A DNA stretch of 64,000 bases from Diadema antillarum (taxonomy: Eukaryota). Below the pieces are notes generated by a model, which was not told the origin of the DNA, did no database searches, and saw only the letters and a list, made by a program, of their open reading frames with translations. The translations under genes were made by a program, and so were the position numbers. Positions within the stretch are counted from its first letter, which is position 1; each line of letters begins with the position of its first letter. Where the stretch lies: NCBI RefSeq assembly GCF_040938485.1, contig NW_027271910.1, positions 186,001 through 250,000 of the forward strand, in the 5' to 3' direction. Positions 1 through 14,400 of the stretch are shown here, in pieces.

Positions 1-1344
1 TTTTTCTAATTTATATTTTAGTTAACATACATTGTAGATCTACTATGAAAGAAAAGGGTAGACATCCTCAAATTGGCACAGTATGTTGCAACCTATAAAT
101 AGGATCATCATTGTTTAATCTTCGGAACAAAATTAGGTTACTCCTTTATAAACTCCTCACAAATACGAAGCCCCTCAAAGTGCTTCTGTATTGTTGTTGT
201 TCTATCATTATGTGAAAAAGTGTATGGCTGAATAGTGATTTTTGTTTGAGTCATCTTTTGTCTAAGAGAAAACAAACACATATTGTATGTAGGTCAGTCA
301 CCATTTTTGACTGACCAGCAGTTTGACTGACCTTTGCATATTGTGAAAGTGCTTCATATTTGCCGCAGTTCTAGTTGCAGTAATTATTCTCTTTAGTTTT
401 CTATATCTTCTGCCTTCTAATGCAGCGTAAGTTATGTGCGTGTTGCACTGAGTATTCCACAGAGAGAGTTTTTAACCAAGACTGCTCTGAAGCATTCAGA
501 ACAAAGGGCATCTTCCCTGGGTATCTTTAATAGTTGAGAGCAAATGAAGCAAACAGTGTTAAAAATTTGTGGTCTCTAAAGAAGTGCTTTGGTCTTGCAG
601 CATTTACAAGAGAGTATTTCACATTCAAAACAAAATGGAAGGATTTTGAGTGTCAACACAATAACATTCAATGTCATTAGTGTGCTGTTTCATCCACCCT
701 GCTTCTTCAGAGGCCTGTTGACTACAAGTTTGTCAGATTGTTGTCGATTTGCCAACGTTCTGGCCAAATAGTGGACATGGGGAAGATTGACTTTCCAGAG
801 AGTGAAAATGAAACAAGATGTTTGGCTGTAGCATGGGGATTTATCTCAGACAGGAAGTGTCTCTTTATAGTGGGAAAGATCAAATTAAAACATCTCATTT
901 GAAGAAACGGAGCAGTTCTTGGACAGGTTTTGAAGACAATCATGACATGTGTGATGTCAGTCACTCACCCTGCTAATGGCAGTCCTATGGGGATCTGAGA
1001 AATTGGTCATGTGACACAATCATGAAGTAACTTGAAGTAAAATCTGTGTGTAAATGCAAAAGGAAAGTGAAATCTGTGTGTAAATGCAAAAGGAAGTTAT
1101 GTTTGATTGTTCTGTGAATAATGTACCTGTCTGTACATATAACTTTTAGCAAAATCGTCAATGAGAAATCTAACAAGCTTCAGCTTTTATATTTCTTCAG
1201 CACTTTCATTAATATCTGGTATGATAGAAGGACTCTTACTAAGAAACAATTTTTTTTTTTTGCAAGCCAAAATATAAGTTGTTACATAAGATTATATAAG
1301 CTATTTGTAAACATGAATGATCAAATTGAATATTCATTATGCAG

Positions 1345-1512
1345 TGAAAGATCCTTCAAATGGAGAGATGGCGGACAACAGGCGATTAAACTTTCACAAT
1401 AGCTCGTGGCGGAGTGCAGATCCAGTCTTACAGCAATCTCCAGGGGCTATGAACCAGCAGCCGCAGCCTGCCGAAGACGAGTACCTCGTTCCAGATGCTG
1501 TCTTGCCACGCG
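1345..1512 (+). CDS. Internal exon (168 nt, phase 1-1): xKDPSNGEMADNRRLNFHNSSWRSADPVLQQSPGAMNQQPQPAEDEYLVPDAVLPR
   Basis: Acceptor cattatgcag|, donor G|gtaaga; length is a multiple of 3; GC-richer than flanks. Confidence 0.8.
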
Positions 1513-4500
1513 GTAAGATGTCGTCATGATATGAAAACATCTCTAAAGGAAAGATTAATATCTGTCTTCACAAAAATTCCTGTCCAGGCAGATCTGGGCC
1601 CCGTTGCTAGAAACTTTGCGTTTAAACGCAACTTGCAACTGATTGTCACTGGCCAATCAAAATCATTGTTGCATGCATGTCTTCTTAATAGGGCAGACCC
1701 TGAGCCAATCAGAATGGTTGTTTCAAAATTAGCAATTATTTGCAATTGATTACAACTTTCTTGCAACGGGGCCCTGTTCTGTACAAATGCAGTGTGATAC
1801 TGAGGGTATGAGATCGGCTGTGCAGTAGAAGTGAATGCCAATGTTCTGGTGCTAAAACTGGGGGATTGCTGGGGAATGGAATGACAAGCAATGAAATGTC
1901 TGAGTTTATTGCAAAAATTATAACTGTCAGAATGATGTTTTTGAAGACACACTGTATGCAATTCAAGATTGTACAAGTTGGGCATTTGTATACTACACTC
2001 TCTATTCTATGTTTGTAAAATCCTTTGTGTTGGCTGTGATCACGTTCTTTTCAATGCATCAATTGGAGTACAGAAGGTTGCTAGTTTCGGTTGGTTTGGA
2101 AATGTGGTATTGCATTGCTCAGCTGCTCTATTCACCACAATGCTGTGACTGTTACAAAGTGGTTCCCTAAGTGAGATATTCAGATGAGCAACTCTCTATA
2201 TGTGTCTATATGAATGAAGTGTTCTTTGAAAGATATGCAAATTATCAGAAACCGTACCACAAAGGAAAGCCATCACTCTGTGGAGGAGAAAGTCCTTCCT
2301 CATCTTTCCCTGCCACTTTGACCCTTACCACCTGAGGTAAAATACTTTCCAACTTGGTGGATCAAACCCCATCCTCCTGTGGTCGTGATATGTTTTTGTT
2401 ACTGTTTGTTTGTCCATGTGCAAAATAACTCAAAAAGTTTGGAACGGATTTAGATGAAACTTGCAGGAACGGTTGAAAATGACAGAAGAAACAAATGATT
2501 AAATTTTGATAGTGATCCGGAAACTTTTATGGATTTTATGAAGGATTTTCAATATTTTGGCAGGTAGGGTCAATGAACTTCGAGTTCAAGCTGTGCATTT
2601 TTTACGTTTTCATACGCGCACAAATGTGCGTGCTCTAGTTTCTGCTAGGGCGAGGCGCGCCACGCAGTAGAGGGTTTATGACGTAACAAAGGCTTCTATA
2701 TTGGGAAATCGGGTGATTTTTCAGCATGCATATGTATGGGTGGAAGGAAGAGCAAGATCATCGGTGGAAAGTCATTGCTTGGCGGAGGTCTGCGCTCTCA
2801 GAGTGCTTTTCTAGTTTGCATTATATCCCTCTCAATTCATTTCTTGTTCACTGATTGGTTGAGTGCATTGAAAGTGACAAAACATATTTCCTCCGTGAAA
2901 ATCATAGTCCAACTATTTCCCCAGGGAAATAGCAATCAAAAATATATCCCGCTGCCATGGCGATATTTGCTAAGTGCATGTGTACCTCTCTACCTACTTG
3001 CGTGTATTCTAGTGCATGAGACGCCACGTCACAGTACAGTTTTTCACCAAATGCATCGCGAGAAGACAGTAAAGTGTATCACGCAGTGGATGCATACACT
3101 TTTACACGTAATTTTGTGCATTAAAAAAAGAACTTTAAATCAGTCAACCACCCCTTTTACTTTGTTGTACTCTTAAAATCAATTGGGAGGGATATAAAAC
3201 AAATATACCAGGCCATCATTCCAGGTTCTGGTTAAACTATGTGCCTTTGGTGACTTCAGTAGCACTATTTCTTCAGGACTGCACCCCTCAGAAAATAATA
3301 CTGTGGAAGTCATCTCATGCTCGTAGTTTCAACCAGGACCATTCAGACCTGGTATATTTGCATAATGTACAACCAAATTGTATCTCAGGATTATATATTA
3401 AGGTTTTCCAATTGGAGCAGGTCCTTCTTTAAATCTCGTCAGCACATGATATTTCATCATCGAGAGATCATTTTTTTTTTTTGTGAACTCCAGGACGGCT
3501 TACCTCTACCAGCTCCTCCCAACTGGGGAGCCTGTCGGAATCGTTTGAGGAGGGCCTTAACACGTACGATCCGGGCGACAGGATGCCAGACAGAGAGGCC
3601 CCTCGGCCCCCTCTGGAAGCAGGTGAGACGAGGCTGCTTTGCTCGCCATGGTTACAGACACACGCCAAGTGGTGTCTGTTTCCAGTGTCGGTAGATGGGA
3701 TTTTTGTAAGATCTTCTCAGTGGTCTTACAAGAAGGGATCATTAAAGCTAGTACTGTAAAAGTGGAAATTTTTGTGGTGTTAATATTTTCACGCATTTCG
3801 CACAACCAGAAACTAGTGCGAAAATAAAAGCATGCAAATATTTTTGCTTGCCATATGACCCATAGTAATTGCAGAAGTTGATGTCTTGATTCCGCATAAT
3901 TAAAGCACGTAAAACTCCTCTTACCCATCTGAGCATGAAAATAAGTCGCATGAAAATATCCACTTTTACAGTATATATCTGATGCACAAAAATGTAAATT
4001 GTGAGATTTAGTAACAAAAACCTAAGAAAGAAGGAAAGTATTTTTGTAGAGTCAGAGTCAGAAGTGACAGTAGACAATTCATGAAGTCTTTTTGAAATTT
4101 ATTGTCTTTTTTTTTTTTTAATCACAACATGATTTTGGTGGCTGTACTAGATTATTGGAGCTGCTGTGGTAGCCTGGTATGGTCAGGCAGTGGTCTCACA
4201 TTGTGTACAACACAAAATGATAGGCCTCTCAGTGTGCAAGAGTCGATACTAGTGCATACTGTATACGCCATATATTTCGCAAGTCTAAATTTTCTCGAAT
4301 CAGGAATCCCCGACGATTTTGCGAGTGGTTAAATTCGCGACCGTGGAGCCTTGTACTGAATGGAGAAGTGCACACGTGTATGTCACATTCACATCGGGAT
4401 CAGAGTCAATATTTTTGCGTGTCTTTAATTTCACGAATAGCACCTGACTCGCGAAATTTGCGAAAATAAAAACCTCGCGAAATATTCAGCGTATACAGTA

Positions 4501-5418
4501 TGTGTTTTGTGCATATATGTCTGTGTGTCTGTCAGTCTGTGGTGTGTGTGTAGGTTTGTTTGAAGTCAAGAGACCACTCCAGGTGAGATTTATGTCTTCC
4601 AGATGCCACCTGACACCTTTCTCCATATCCCTTCCCACAAGCCAGCACTGTGTTTAATCAGAGGCTCACCATGATATATACCATTTGTTATAATGGCATG
4701 GTACAAATGTAGATTCGATTGATGCATCTTGCCATATGGCTACACATTTTGCCGCTTATCACACATGGTCTTCTGTTACAACATTGATTTCTTTCTGCCT
4801 TGCCAATAAACTTGTACTTTCTTATTTTTTATTTGCTACAAATTGAAAAATCCTACCAAAGCATGTGCCCAATTCACATGATAGGTAATCTTCCTTGTTT
4901 TGATAGTTATTTTTCAAATTTGTGGGCTTTACCATGCTAAAAAATTGAAAATAAAAGGTATGTAATAATGTAATGGGTTGTCACATGTGAGAATGAAGTA
5001 GATACTGAGAATTGTGATACTATTATTCTGTTCAGAAGTAAAGTAAGGGATGGATTTTTAGCCACTGAATACAGGTATTTTGATAATGTAGAGTTGAATG
5101 CTTTCATGCATGACAATGTACCCTTTCCTCTGGCTTTTCCTGATTTGCTTTTCAGTGTATTTTTTTTTTATTTTTGCAATGTTTTTTGTTTTTGTTTATA
5201 TCTTAACGAGTTCTGTGTGTACTATTTTTTGTTGGTTTTGTGTGTTTGTAAGTGTGTGTGTGTTTTTTTTTTCTGTGCGTTTGTGTCTGTTTCCTTGTCT
5301 GTCTGTCTTTATCTGTCTTTTCCATGATGTTAATGTACACTGTTATGTTTTCTGTTTCTATTCTGCATTTCTAGACTTTAGTTCTCCTTTCTCTCGTGTC
5401 TTTGTCTCTCCTTCTCTT

Positions 5419-5456
<38 letters not shown>

Positions 5457-8400
5457 CTTTCTTCTATTTTTTTCAATCTATCAATCTATTTGTCTGTCTA
5501 TCGATCTCTCTTCGGTCTATATCAATCCATCTTTTAATTATCTATCTATCTGTGGATCTATCTATTGATCTGTCTGTGGATATATCTTTTGATCTGTCTA
5601 TTGATATATCTGTAGATATATCTGTTGATCTGTCTATTGATCTAATTGTGGATATATCTATTGATCTGTCTATTGATCAATCTGCGGATATATCTATTGA
5701 TCAGTCTATTGATCTATCTGTGGATATATCTATTGATCAGTCTATTGATCTATCTGCCTCCTCTATCTAAATATCCATCCATCTCTTCTATCTGTATATC
5801 CATCTATCTATTCATCCATCCATCTATCTATTTATCTATCTTTCTATCTACCTACCTATCTATCTATCTACCTATCTACGTATATATCTATCTATTAAAC
5901 TATTTATGTTTCTGTCTATAAATCTCTTTACTCCTATTCAGCTGTCTTGTATTACTTTTTGAAAATATGTTTCTTTATGTCCCATTAATACCAGCTATCT
6001 GTGTTTCTGTAACAGCTCATGGTAAGGTCATGAGTATGTTTCTACTTGTCTTTTTCTCTCCGTTTTTATCTCTCTTTGGTTTCCCCCTCTTACGAATGTA
6101 GTCTGTTTGTCTTCTTCCACCTCCCAAATAAGAACAAAGTGAACTCGGTTTAATAGTTACACACACACTCTCTCTCTGTAGCATAAAACACATTTTTGTT
6201 TTCAATGAAATATTCAAGCCTCTTGATACTCTGTCTCTCTTTTAATACTAGATTTTCGTTCAATCAACTTGATCCAATGTTATGTCTCTGTGTGTATTTG
6301 TGTCTGTGTCTGCCTATTTGTTTGTGTGTTTGAGTCCTTTTAGCCTTTAGTTAAAATCAGCTTCTATCTTTGTTGCCGTCATCACACACACTTTTCCCAT
6401 CCTTCCCTCCCTCCCCCCCTCCCGCCTCCTCGGTGCATGCCCGCGTCCCCCCACGCAGCCGCCCACCGGGCCATGCCTTCCTCCCCTCATCAGCTGGCGC
6501 CTCCCCAGTTGCCGGACAACAACACCACCACCGGCTACGTCAAGATGCGCAGCTTCACCACCCCGTCTCCCAGGCAACCGGGCAAGTTCTCCTCCCCCGA
6601 TGATGTGGGGTATACCAATATGCGTCGGCTGGATGGAGATGAGGATCAGGATGGTAGAGGGCGGGTTGGTGGGCGCGATGGTGGTGGAGGGAGCCCTAAT
6701 GGTGAGATGGCAAAAATCATTTAAATCTTCTGGGTAAAAAGTAGCAGCCCTCTGCAGCACACCCTACCAGTCTGTGTAATATTCGACAGGCAACTCCCAT
6801 CACAATGAAGTCTTTGTTACAAGCAATTTTCTTTCGTTATATACAGTGTATTTTATTCAAAACTTTTATGTTATATCAAACTTTCATTATAGTTGAACAA
6901 ATCAAGTCTATAAAGATATATAGATAATGAACTTATGACTTGAATTTTTACTTCCATGTAACCAAATTTCATTATAACCATGTTCATTGTTAAGGGAGTT
7001 TACTGTATCTTTGGTAAGGTTTTTGTGACATTTTGTTTCAGATTGCCTCACTGGAATCAGTGTGAATCAGAAGAAGCTGAATGATTTTTTTGAGAAATTT
7101 TGTGTTGATTTCACAAAGTATCATTCATCTACCTTATTTTTGTTAGGGTTGTGTCTTGAACATCTATGAACAATAGCCATATTGGGTTTCTCATGAGGGG
7201 ATTTCCCCAAGTGCAGTCAATGACATTGGTTTCGTAATGCTCAAGGCTTCATTTTCATTTTATTTCAACACGATAATAAAAAGGGAACTCGCTCAGCCAT
7301 CGGCTGTTATTCTGCAAGTCCGTGCATGTATGCAATATAACAGAATGAAAACATTGATTCAGTAACGGCATTTAACAATGATTGAAATAAGAACAACAAA
7401 AAAAGAGAAAAAAAAATCACAAAGAAAGAAAAAAAAGTATATCTACATATGACAGCACATGAAAAAAAAAATACAGACATTGTACTGTGGATGAACGGCT
7501 AGGGAAAATTAAGTTGCATCAGATAAGATGATACATGTGTCACCCTTTTATCAGCCCCAGTCTACTGCTGTGCTGGAAACAATTTGAAAAGTTAGCCCTT
7601 TAAGTAGTGATGGGATTATTATTATTATTATTATGTTGTTATTGNNNNNNNNNNNNNNNNNNNNNNNNNNNNNNNNNNNNNNNNNNNNNNNNNNNNNNNN
7701 NNNNNNNNNNNNNNNNNNNNNNNNNNNNNNNNNNNNNNNNNNNNNNNNNNNNNNNNNNNNNNNNNNNNNNNNNNNNNNNNNNNNNNNNNNNNNNNNNNNN
7801 NNNNNNNNNNNNNNNNNNNNNNNNNNNNNNNNNNNNNNNNNNNNNNNNNNNNNNNNNNNNNNNNNNNNGAGACTGGTCAGAATGGTGTGCATATGAGGGC
7901 GGCTACAAAACTTGTATATATTCAAATCCATTTCCCTGCATATTATTTGGTGTGGCACAGGGCTGCCCACTGCATGTCAGAACAAAAGTGCACATATAAT
8001 CAATGGCTGAAAGCATGCAAAGAAGCCCTGCACTGAAGCCCTACTCAATTCTGTATCCCTGTATAATGTGATGTCATCTTCTGCATGGTTTCCTTGTCTC
8101 TGACAATTCATAATTAATGTTTATTAGAATTGTTTGCATTTTAATACTGTTGGATGTTGGTCTTCTTTCTTCCAAAGAATTCTATAAAAAAGCAAGCGAT
8201 GGTAGTTTAAGACAGTTTCGCTGCTTATATATCATCATTAGTAGCCATTTTTAATCCCACTTCTTGGTGTATTTCATGTGAAAATCCATCTACCTTTCTT
8301 TCCTTTTTTTTTTTTTTTTGAACAGAGCCTATGAATATTATTAACTCTCTTGTGATGGAATGATTTGTGTTTTTGCCCCCAGATAGTTAGAAAGGTATAA

Positions 8401-11400
8401 AACAGTGGCTTTTATGTCCTAAATTTTGTTTCTTCCTCAGCGTGAACATAGATAAATGCATCTCCTAATTGTGAGAGAGATATTGACTCTACTGTGTCCA
8501 GAAAAAAGGAGCATCAATGTTATCATGCTCCTTGCAGAAATGTGCATCAGTTTACATCATTTTTTTTTCAGTTTTGCCTAGCATTTTTACTTCCAAGTTT
8601 TGTCTGGAGGGGCTTCAGAGTGTAATTATTTTGTAATCAAGCCTCAAAACATTAACTATACAGAAGATTAGGTGTCTCTTCATGATCACTTTGTGGACAC
8701 AAGGGCCCCATTTCATAAAAAGTTGATACGATAGCAACTCTTGCTGGAATGGCAGTTGTCGTGGTAATGACAAGAATCCAGCTTCCTGATTGGCTGTTGC
8801 TATGGGAAGTTGCCATTCCAGCAAGAGTTGCTATCCCGACATCTTTTATGAAATGGGGAGTTGGCCTGCTTTTCGCCTGTACATAGACTACCCAACGCTC
8901 TGGGTCCCACTTCATAGAAGATGTTAGGATAACAGCTCTTGCTGGAATGGCAACTTCCCATAGCAACAGCCAATCAGGAAGCTGGATTCTTGTCGTTACC
9001 ATGACACTTGCCATTCCAGCAAGAGTTGCTATCGAAGCAAACTTTTCGTGAAATGTGGCCCTAATGTCTTATCGGATTCATACTTTTCAGTCGTGAGATT
9101 CAGTTTGCATTTGTCCCATCCCACCACATCCAATTCAGAAATCGGACTGACCTGCCTCCCTGGTGATTATATGAAGAGTTTGTTTGCAAAAACCGATAAG
9201 TCCATTTTTGAAGATTTTGAGGTAAGATCTCTGTCATAAAGTACAGAATATTACCTTTTAAATGGTATATTGGTCACTACATATAAAGGTACATTTTTAA
9301 AGTTATGGTCTAAAGAAGCAAAAAAAATTCTTATTATTCTCTTTATTTTTCTTGACCTTTAATCGCAAATATCTCCATTTGGCAAATATGGACATATCGG
9401 TTTTTGCAAACAAATTCTTCATATCCAGAACACGAGGCAGTCGTGGCAAAGTGGGAAAATGTATAGTAATTTCAAGATTTTGACTTCATTCTCAACTTTG
9501 TAGACATCTCTAATAATGTGGTTTTTGTGAGAATGAACACAGGTGTTGGTGCGAATGTATTTGTGAGAGTGTTTTTGTGTACATGTGTATAGGTGTCTGT
9601 GTGTACCTGTGAGTCTTGTCTCTGTTTTACCTGCTCTAGTATAAAGATGCAAAGAAAAAAAAAATGAAAGAAAGAAAGAAAAGGCCTAATGAATTTAAAG
9701 CTGTAATGCAAAAAGCAAGGTAACGGTCATTATTATCATCATGAAAAATTAATCATTTCATAACATGTTTTCAAGGGATAAAATGTTAACTGCTGGTGTG
9801 CTCTATCCCCTATGTTACAGAATGTATGTCACTGTGCATAGTTGGGTATTCTGATCCAATTCGTGATGTATACAGTATACAAATCATTTTCAGTCAAACC
9901 AAACTTTTTCTTCCGTTAGATTATTATGACAGGTATCTTACAATTCTTAGACACTGATGATGGTTATGGGCATTATTGTCATAATAATAACTTCTGCAGT
10001 TGCCATTGATAGTGGTATTAAAATTATAACTATTTTTGTCATTGTCATAATTATGCCATTGTGCTTGCTTTGATATCATGTATATACAGGAATGGCAAAC
10101 ATTTTCTCATGTAACCCCAACAATTATCTGGTGTGTATCAGAAATGATCGAGGTGATTCATCCTGCAACTAATACTAAATTCTATCAAAACCATTCTTCT
10201 CTCCCTCTGTTGTCATGGTAACCATGGTTGACACGTTACTTTGTCAGCAGGAATTCAAATTTGATGCAATTGGGAGATTTTTATTTACTTGAATTGCATT
10301 TGCTCACAGGTCAAAAAAAAAAAGCATTTATCTATAAACTGCAGTATATTTCAAAATTTAGATGAAAACAATTACTGTAGGCAAAGAATTTAACCTGTGT
10401 CATATTTGTGAATTTGACTTTTTGTCTACTGACATGGTTATATAGTAGCTGATTGGCTGCAATGCACAGAAAAGATGATGAGTCTGGTTGCCATGGAGCT
10501 GTCTCCATCTTGAGAACAATGAAGTAAAAACAAACAAACAAACAAGCAAACAAGCAAACAAGCAAACTCTCCTAAACTTTCTGTGGTTGATTTCAGGGGA
10601 AGCATTTAATCTTGTGTTCTGTCGTTTCTACCGTGTGTCATCTTAGTAGTTTTATACTAACTTTGATCACCTGTAGTTATCTATCTCTCCGTTTCCATTC
10701 TCTCCTCTTTCTTCTTTTTATCCACCACCCTACCACACTTTCCCTCTATCCTGCCACACGTTGCATGAAACGTTTCTGCCTCATTCCCCTTTGTTCTCTT
10801 GACCCTCTTTGATTCCCACTCTCTACGACTGTGACTCTTTGCAACTTTTCTGTCCAACTCCCAACCAAAATTTTTGATGTCTTTTTTTTGTGTGTTCTAT
10901 AACAACCTTCCCCATCTGCCCTTTCCCCCTAAAAAGGCAAGACCCTCACCCCGCCCCCACTGCCCCGCAAGTCCCGCAGTCACCACGGTTACTGCACACA
11001 CTTAAAATCAGTTCCAGAAGAGCAGGCCGAGACAGGAATCACTTCTCCGATGGTACACCACATAAAGAGTGAGTTGTCTTTAGGTGGAGAGATGTGGCAT
11101 GTGTCTCTCTCCCATCACCCCCTGTGTCTGCATGTATTAAAACTGTCTTCATAACCAAAAGCATGCAATTAAAACAAAAAAAAATTTTGATCACACATCA
11201 GTACTCACAATAACATTGTGTGTCTGTCGTCATAATATTCTGTGAACAATTTTACCCCCTCCCATATTTCAATCATCTCCAAATGATGTTGCACAAAAAC
11301 TCGCATTTCCAAGAGTCAAGTTTTTTAAAGCCTCACCTGCTTTAAACTTAAAAAAATGATGCACGAGTCTAAACAGTTACCTTGTATGAAATCATTTTTT

Positions 11401-14400
11401 TTTTCGCATGCACATTTTACCATCATCACAACATTCTTTACATTTCAGTGTATGTATACATATATAACAGTTAGCATTAGAATGATATAAAATCCATCAA
11501 CATTTTTCAAAATCATGTATATCTAACTTGATATGTATGTATGTATCATATATAGATAGATATTTGTTTAAGGGTTGTGTGGTAACTAATGAAATGGATA
11601 TCGTTCACCATATAGCCTTCTATATGCTCATAGCAGAGCAGTGGTTAACCCTAATCAGGCTGGGGGGCGGAATCCGCCCCCCCTCGACATTTCGCGCAAT
11701 ATCTTCACAGCGCGATAAGCTCCCACCGCGATGTTTCATGACTTTTTTCTTTCAAGTATCGCGCAACTTTTGAGACCAAAATTGTTGCGCCCGCACGTAC
11801 CGTTTTGACGCGACACCCGTTCGAAAAAAATTTGTCAACCCCAAAATTGCTCCAAAACGTGATTTTGTGTACAAATCCAATGCAAATTGTGTTTTTTCAA
11901 TTAATTCACATAAAAATTCATACCTTGACTTAGAATGGACAAAATTAATTCATTTTAGCATAATAAAGCTTCGAAAAATGTCTGTGACAAATTTTGGCCA
12001 AAAAACAAACAAAAACAAAAGGTCGAAAAACAAGGAAATACGTTAGAAATTCAAAAAACAATCAAATACATAAGAAATTAATTTCGATACAGATTTTTTT
12101 TTATCCCATGTCTCAGGAGAATGATACAAGAAACATTTTAAAAAAGAAATTAGCTTAATTAAAGCATTAATAAGTGATTTAGAGCCCAAAACTTATTTTA
12201 TGCATAAATTACAATAATTAATTAATATAAAATATAAGAAAAATTTTTCGGAGATAGCAACCATACATTTTGATAGTATACGTTGCGGGCGTCGCATGTG
12301 CCGATTTTCGGCGCGATCACGCATTCCATAGGCGAGATCTGAAGGGGGGGCGGAATCCGCCCCCCCAGATATAGCATAGCCAAAAAAGCCCAGCCTGATT
12401 AGGGTTAAGGTAGTAATTTCTTACTGGTACGTATTCCTGAGCCATAGATTGTGTAGTCAAGAAGAACACAAGATGTCAACCACACATGATTTTGCACACA
12501 ACATGTCAATGTTATGTCAAAGCAAAAACCAACAACACAGAACAAAACAACCAGAACCCACCCAAAACAAAAAAGATTACCCTGAAACAACTACAGGATG
12601 CACTTACACGTAACTGACTAACCAGCAATTTTGTTGTATTACTCCATCAGTGGAGACCAACAGGTAAGAATTTAGTTCATTATTTTTGCTGATCAGAGGT
12701 CTTTTTTTTCTTTTTTTTTTTGGTAAGCTAGGCAATGTTCTTTTTTAAAGGTTGCTACGTGATACTTGAACTTCAGAAACTGCAATATTTGCCATATGAA
12801 TTATAGGTGTATTGAGTGAAGTGGCTAAAGTTACCAACAAAACACACCAAAAAACATACACTCCACAAGTGACAACAATATATAGCCTGCTGGGTCTTGG
12901 TGATGAAGACGAGTTATTTTGACATAATTTTTTTTTTTTTTTTTGCTTGTCATAACATCTTGGCCACTTGTGTATTTTTACACCTTTCTTTTCTCTTTCC
13001 TTCCTTTTCAAATTCATGAAATTCTTCCTTCAAGATGTTTTCATTGCAACTGATTGACAAATTGCCCTAATTACGCAGTACCCGCTGCATGCTGTAAGGA
13101 TTAGAAACACCACTGGCTGTCGGGCGAAAGCTTGGTGGTGTAGTGGAGATGACGTCTGTCCGGAGATCAGGAGATTGTAGTTTCGAATCCTGCTCGAGTA
13201 TGTACCCCCATGATTTTTATGCCTCTGCCACGAAGTGTCGCCGGAGGCATTATGTTTTCGGGTTGTCCGTCCGTCCGTCCTTCCGTCCGTCCGTCCTTCC
13301 CTCTGTCCGTCCTTCCGTCTGTAATCAATTTTGTGGACAGTGTATCTAAAAAACTGTTAGAGGTATCCTAATGAAACTTGGCATGTATATGTATGAGTGG
13401 GCGAAGTTGTACCTATCAACTTTTGGGTGCGCATGTTTAAGGTCAAAGGTCAAAAGGTCGAGGTCAAATGCTCAAAATTTCACCTCCCCTATACCTGTGC
13501 AATGCCTGGAGGTATTTTCTTGAAACTTGGTGTATACATCAACTACCAAGTAAAGATTCCCTAGAGAGAGCTTTGAGTCATGAGGTCAAAGGTCAAGGAT
13601 CAAAGGTCAAGTGAAAATGTAAAAATTTTACTTTTTTCTCCATATCTCACAAATATTTCAAGGTATCTGCATGGAACTTAGTATATATGCATGTACTGAC
13701 TGGCAGTGATCATGTAGGGAATTTAGGGGTCATGGGTCAAGATCAGGGGGTGAAAGGTCAAGGTCAACTCATCAAAATGTCATTATTTCTCTCTTATCTA
13801 TGCAATGCCTGCAGGATTTTTTCTTGAAACTTAAAAGTGTATGCATATATTACCCAATACAGATTCTCTTGGAAGTTTCTTGCCTAAAGGTCAAAGGTCA
13901 AGTGAAAGTGCAAAATTTCACTTCTTCTTTAAACTTATAAAAGGATCAAAAGTGGGGTACAAATCCTTAAATCCCCAAATACCTGCACTCTTAGACAGTA
14001 TAGCCATTCATCCATATAAACCTAGTACAAGGATAGTGAACACTCAATGCATTTGTGACAAACCTGTCATTTTAATATTTTGCCAATTGTGTGAAACTGT
14101 CATCACACATTGTCAAGACATTGTGCTATAGACCTATTCGGAGAACCATGCATGATGGCGGAGGCATACCAGTCGCCATAGCGACATTTCTGGTTTATCA
14201 TGGCTACTACTAAAACACTGATCAATTCAGTGCTTATTTACGTCGATGTAAGGCAATTTTTGTCAATCAGTTGCAATTCCTTTCTTTTGTTTTCAAAAAG
14301 AAGAGCTCTACTAATACTCTTGTGGCGGGGGCTGTTTAATACACATTGTGCGAATCAATCCTAACCATTTTACTGCTACTTCATAATGATGTTAAACTTA

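Noticed and set aside
1368-1370. ATG of MADNRR as the gene start
   Set aside because: An in-phase acceptor 23 nt upstream gives a symmetric 168-nt internal exon like its neighbours; the peptide looks like a C-terminal tail.
1524-1985. Identical ~60-aa peptide shared with ORF 55839-56057
   Set aside because: It is the translation of the same non-coding 177-bp MITE; a stop-free frame of this length is expected by chance.
2249-2337. Possible exon (cag|...GAG|gtaaaa)
   Set aside because: Breaks phase in the needed frame, and the other frames contain stops.
5094-5921. Long overlapping ORFs (SIYL/DLSI repeats)
   Set aside because: Artefacts of TCTA microsatellite and low-complexity DNA.
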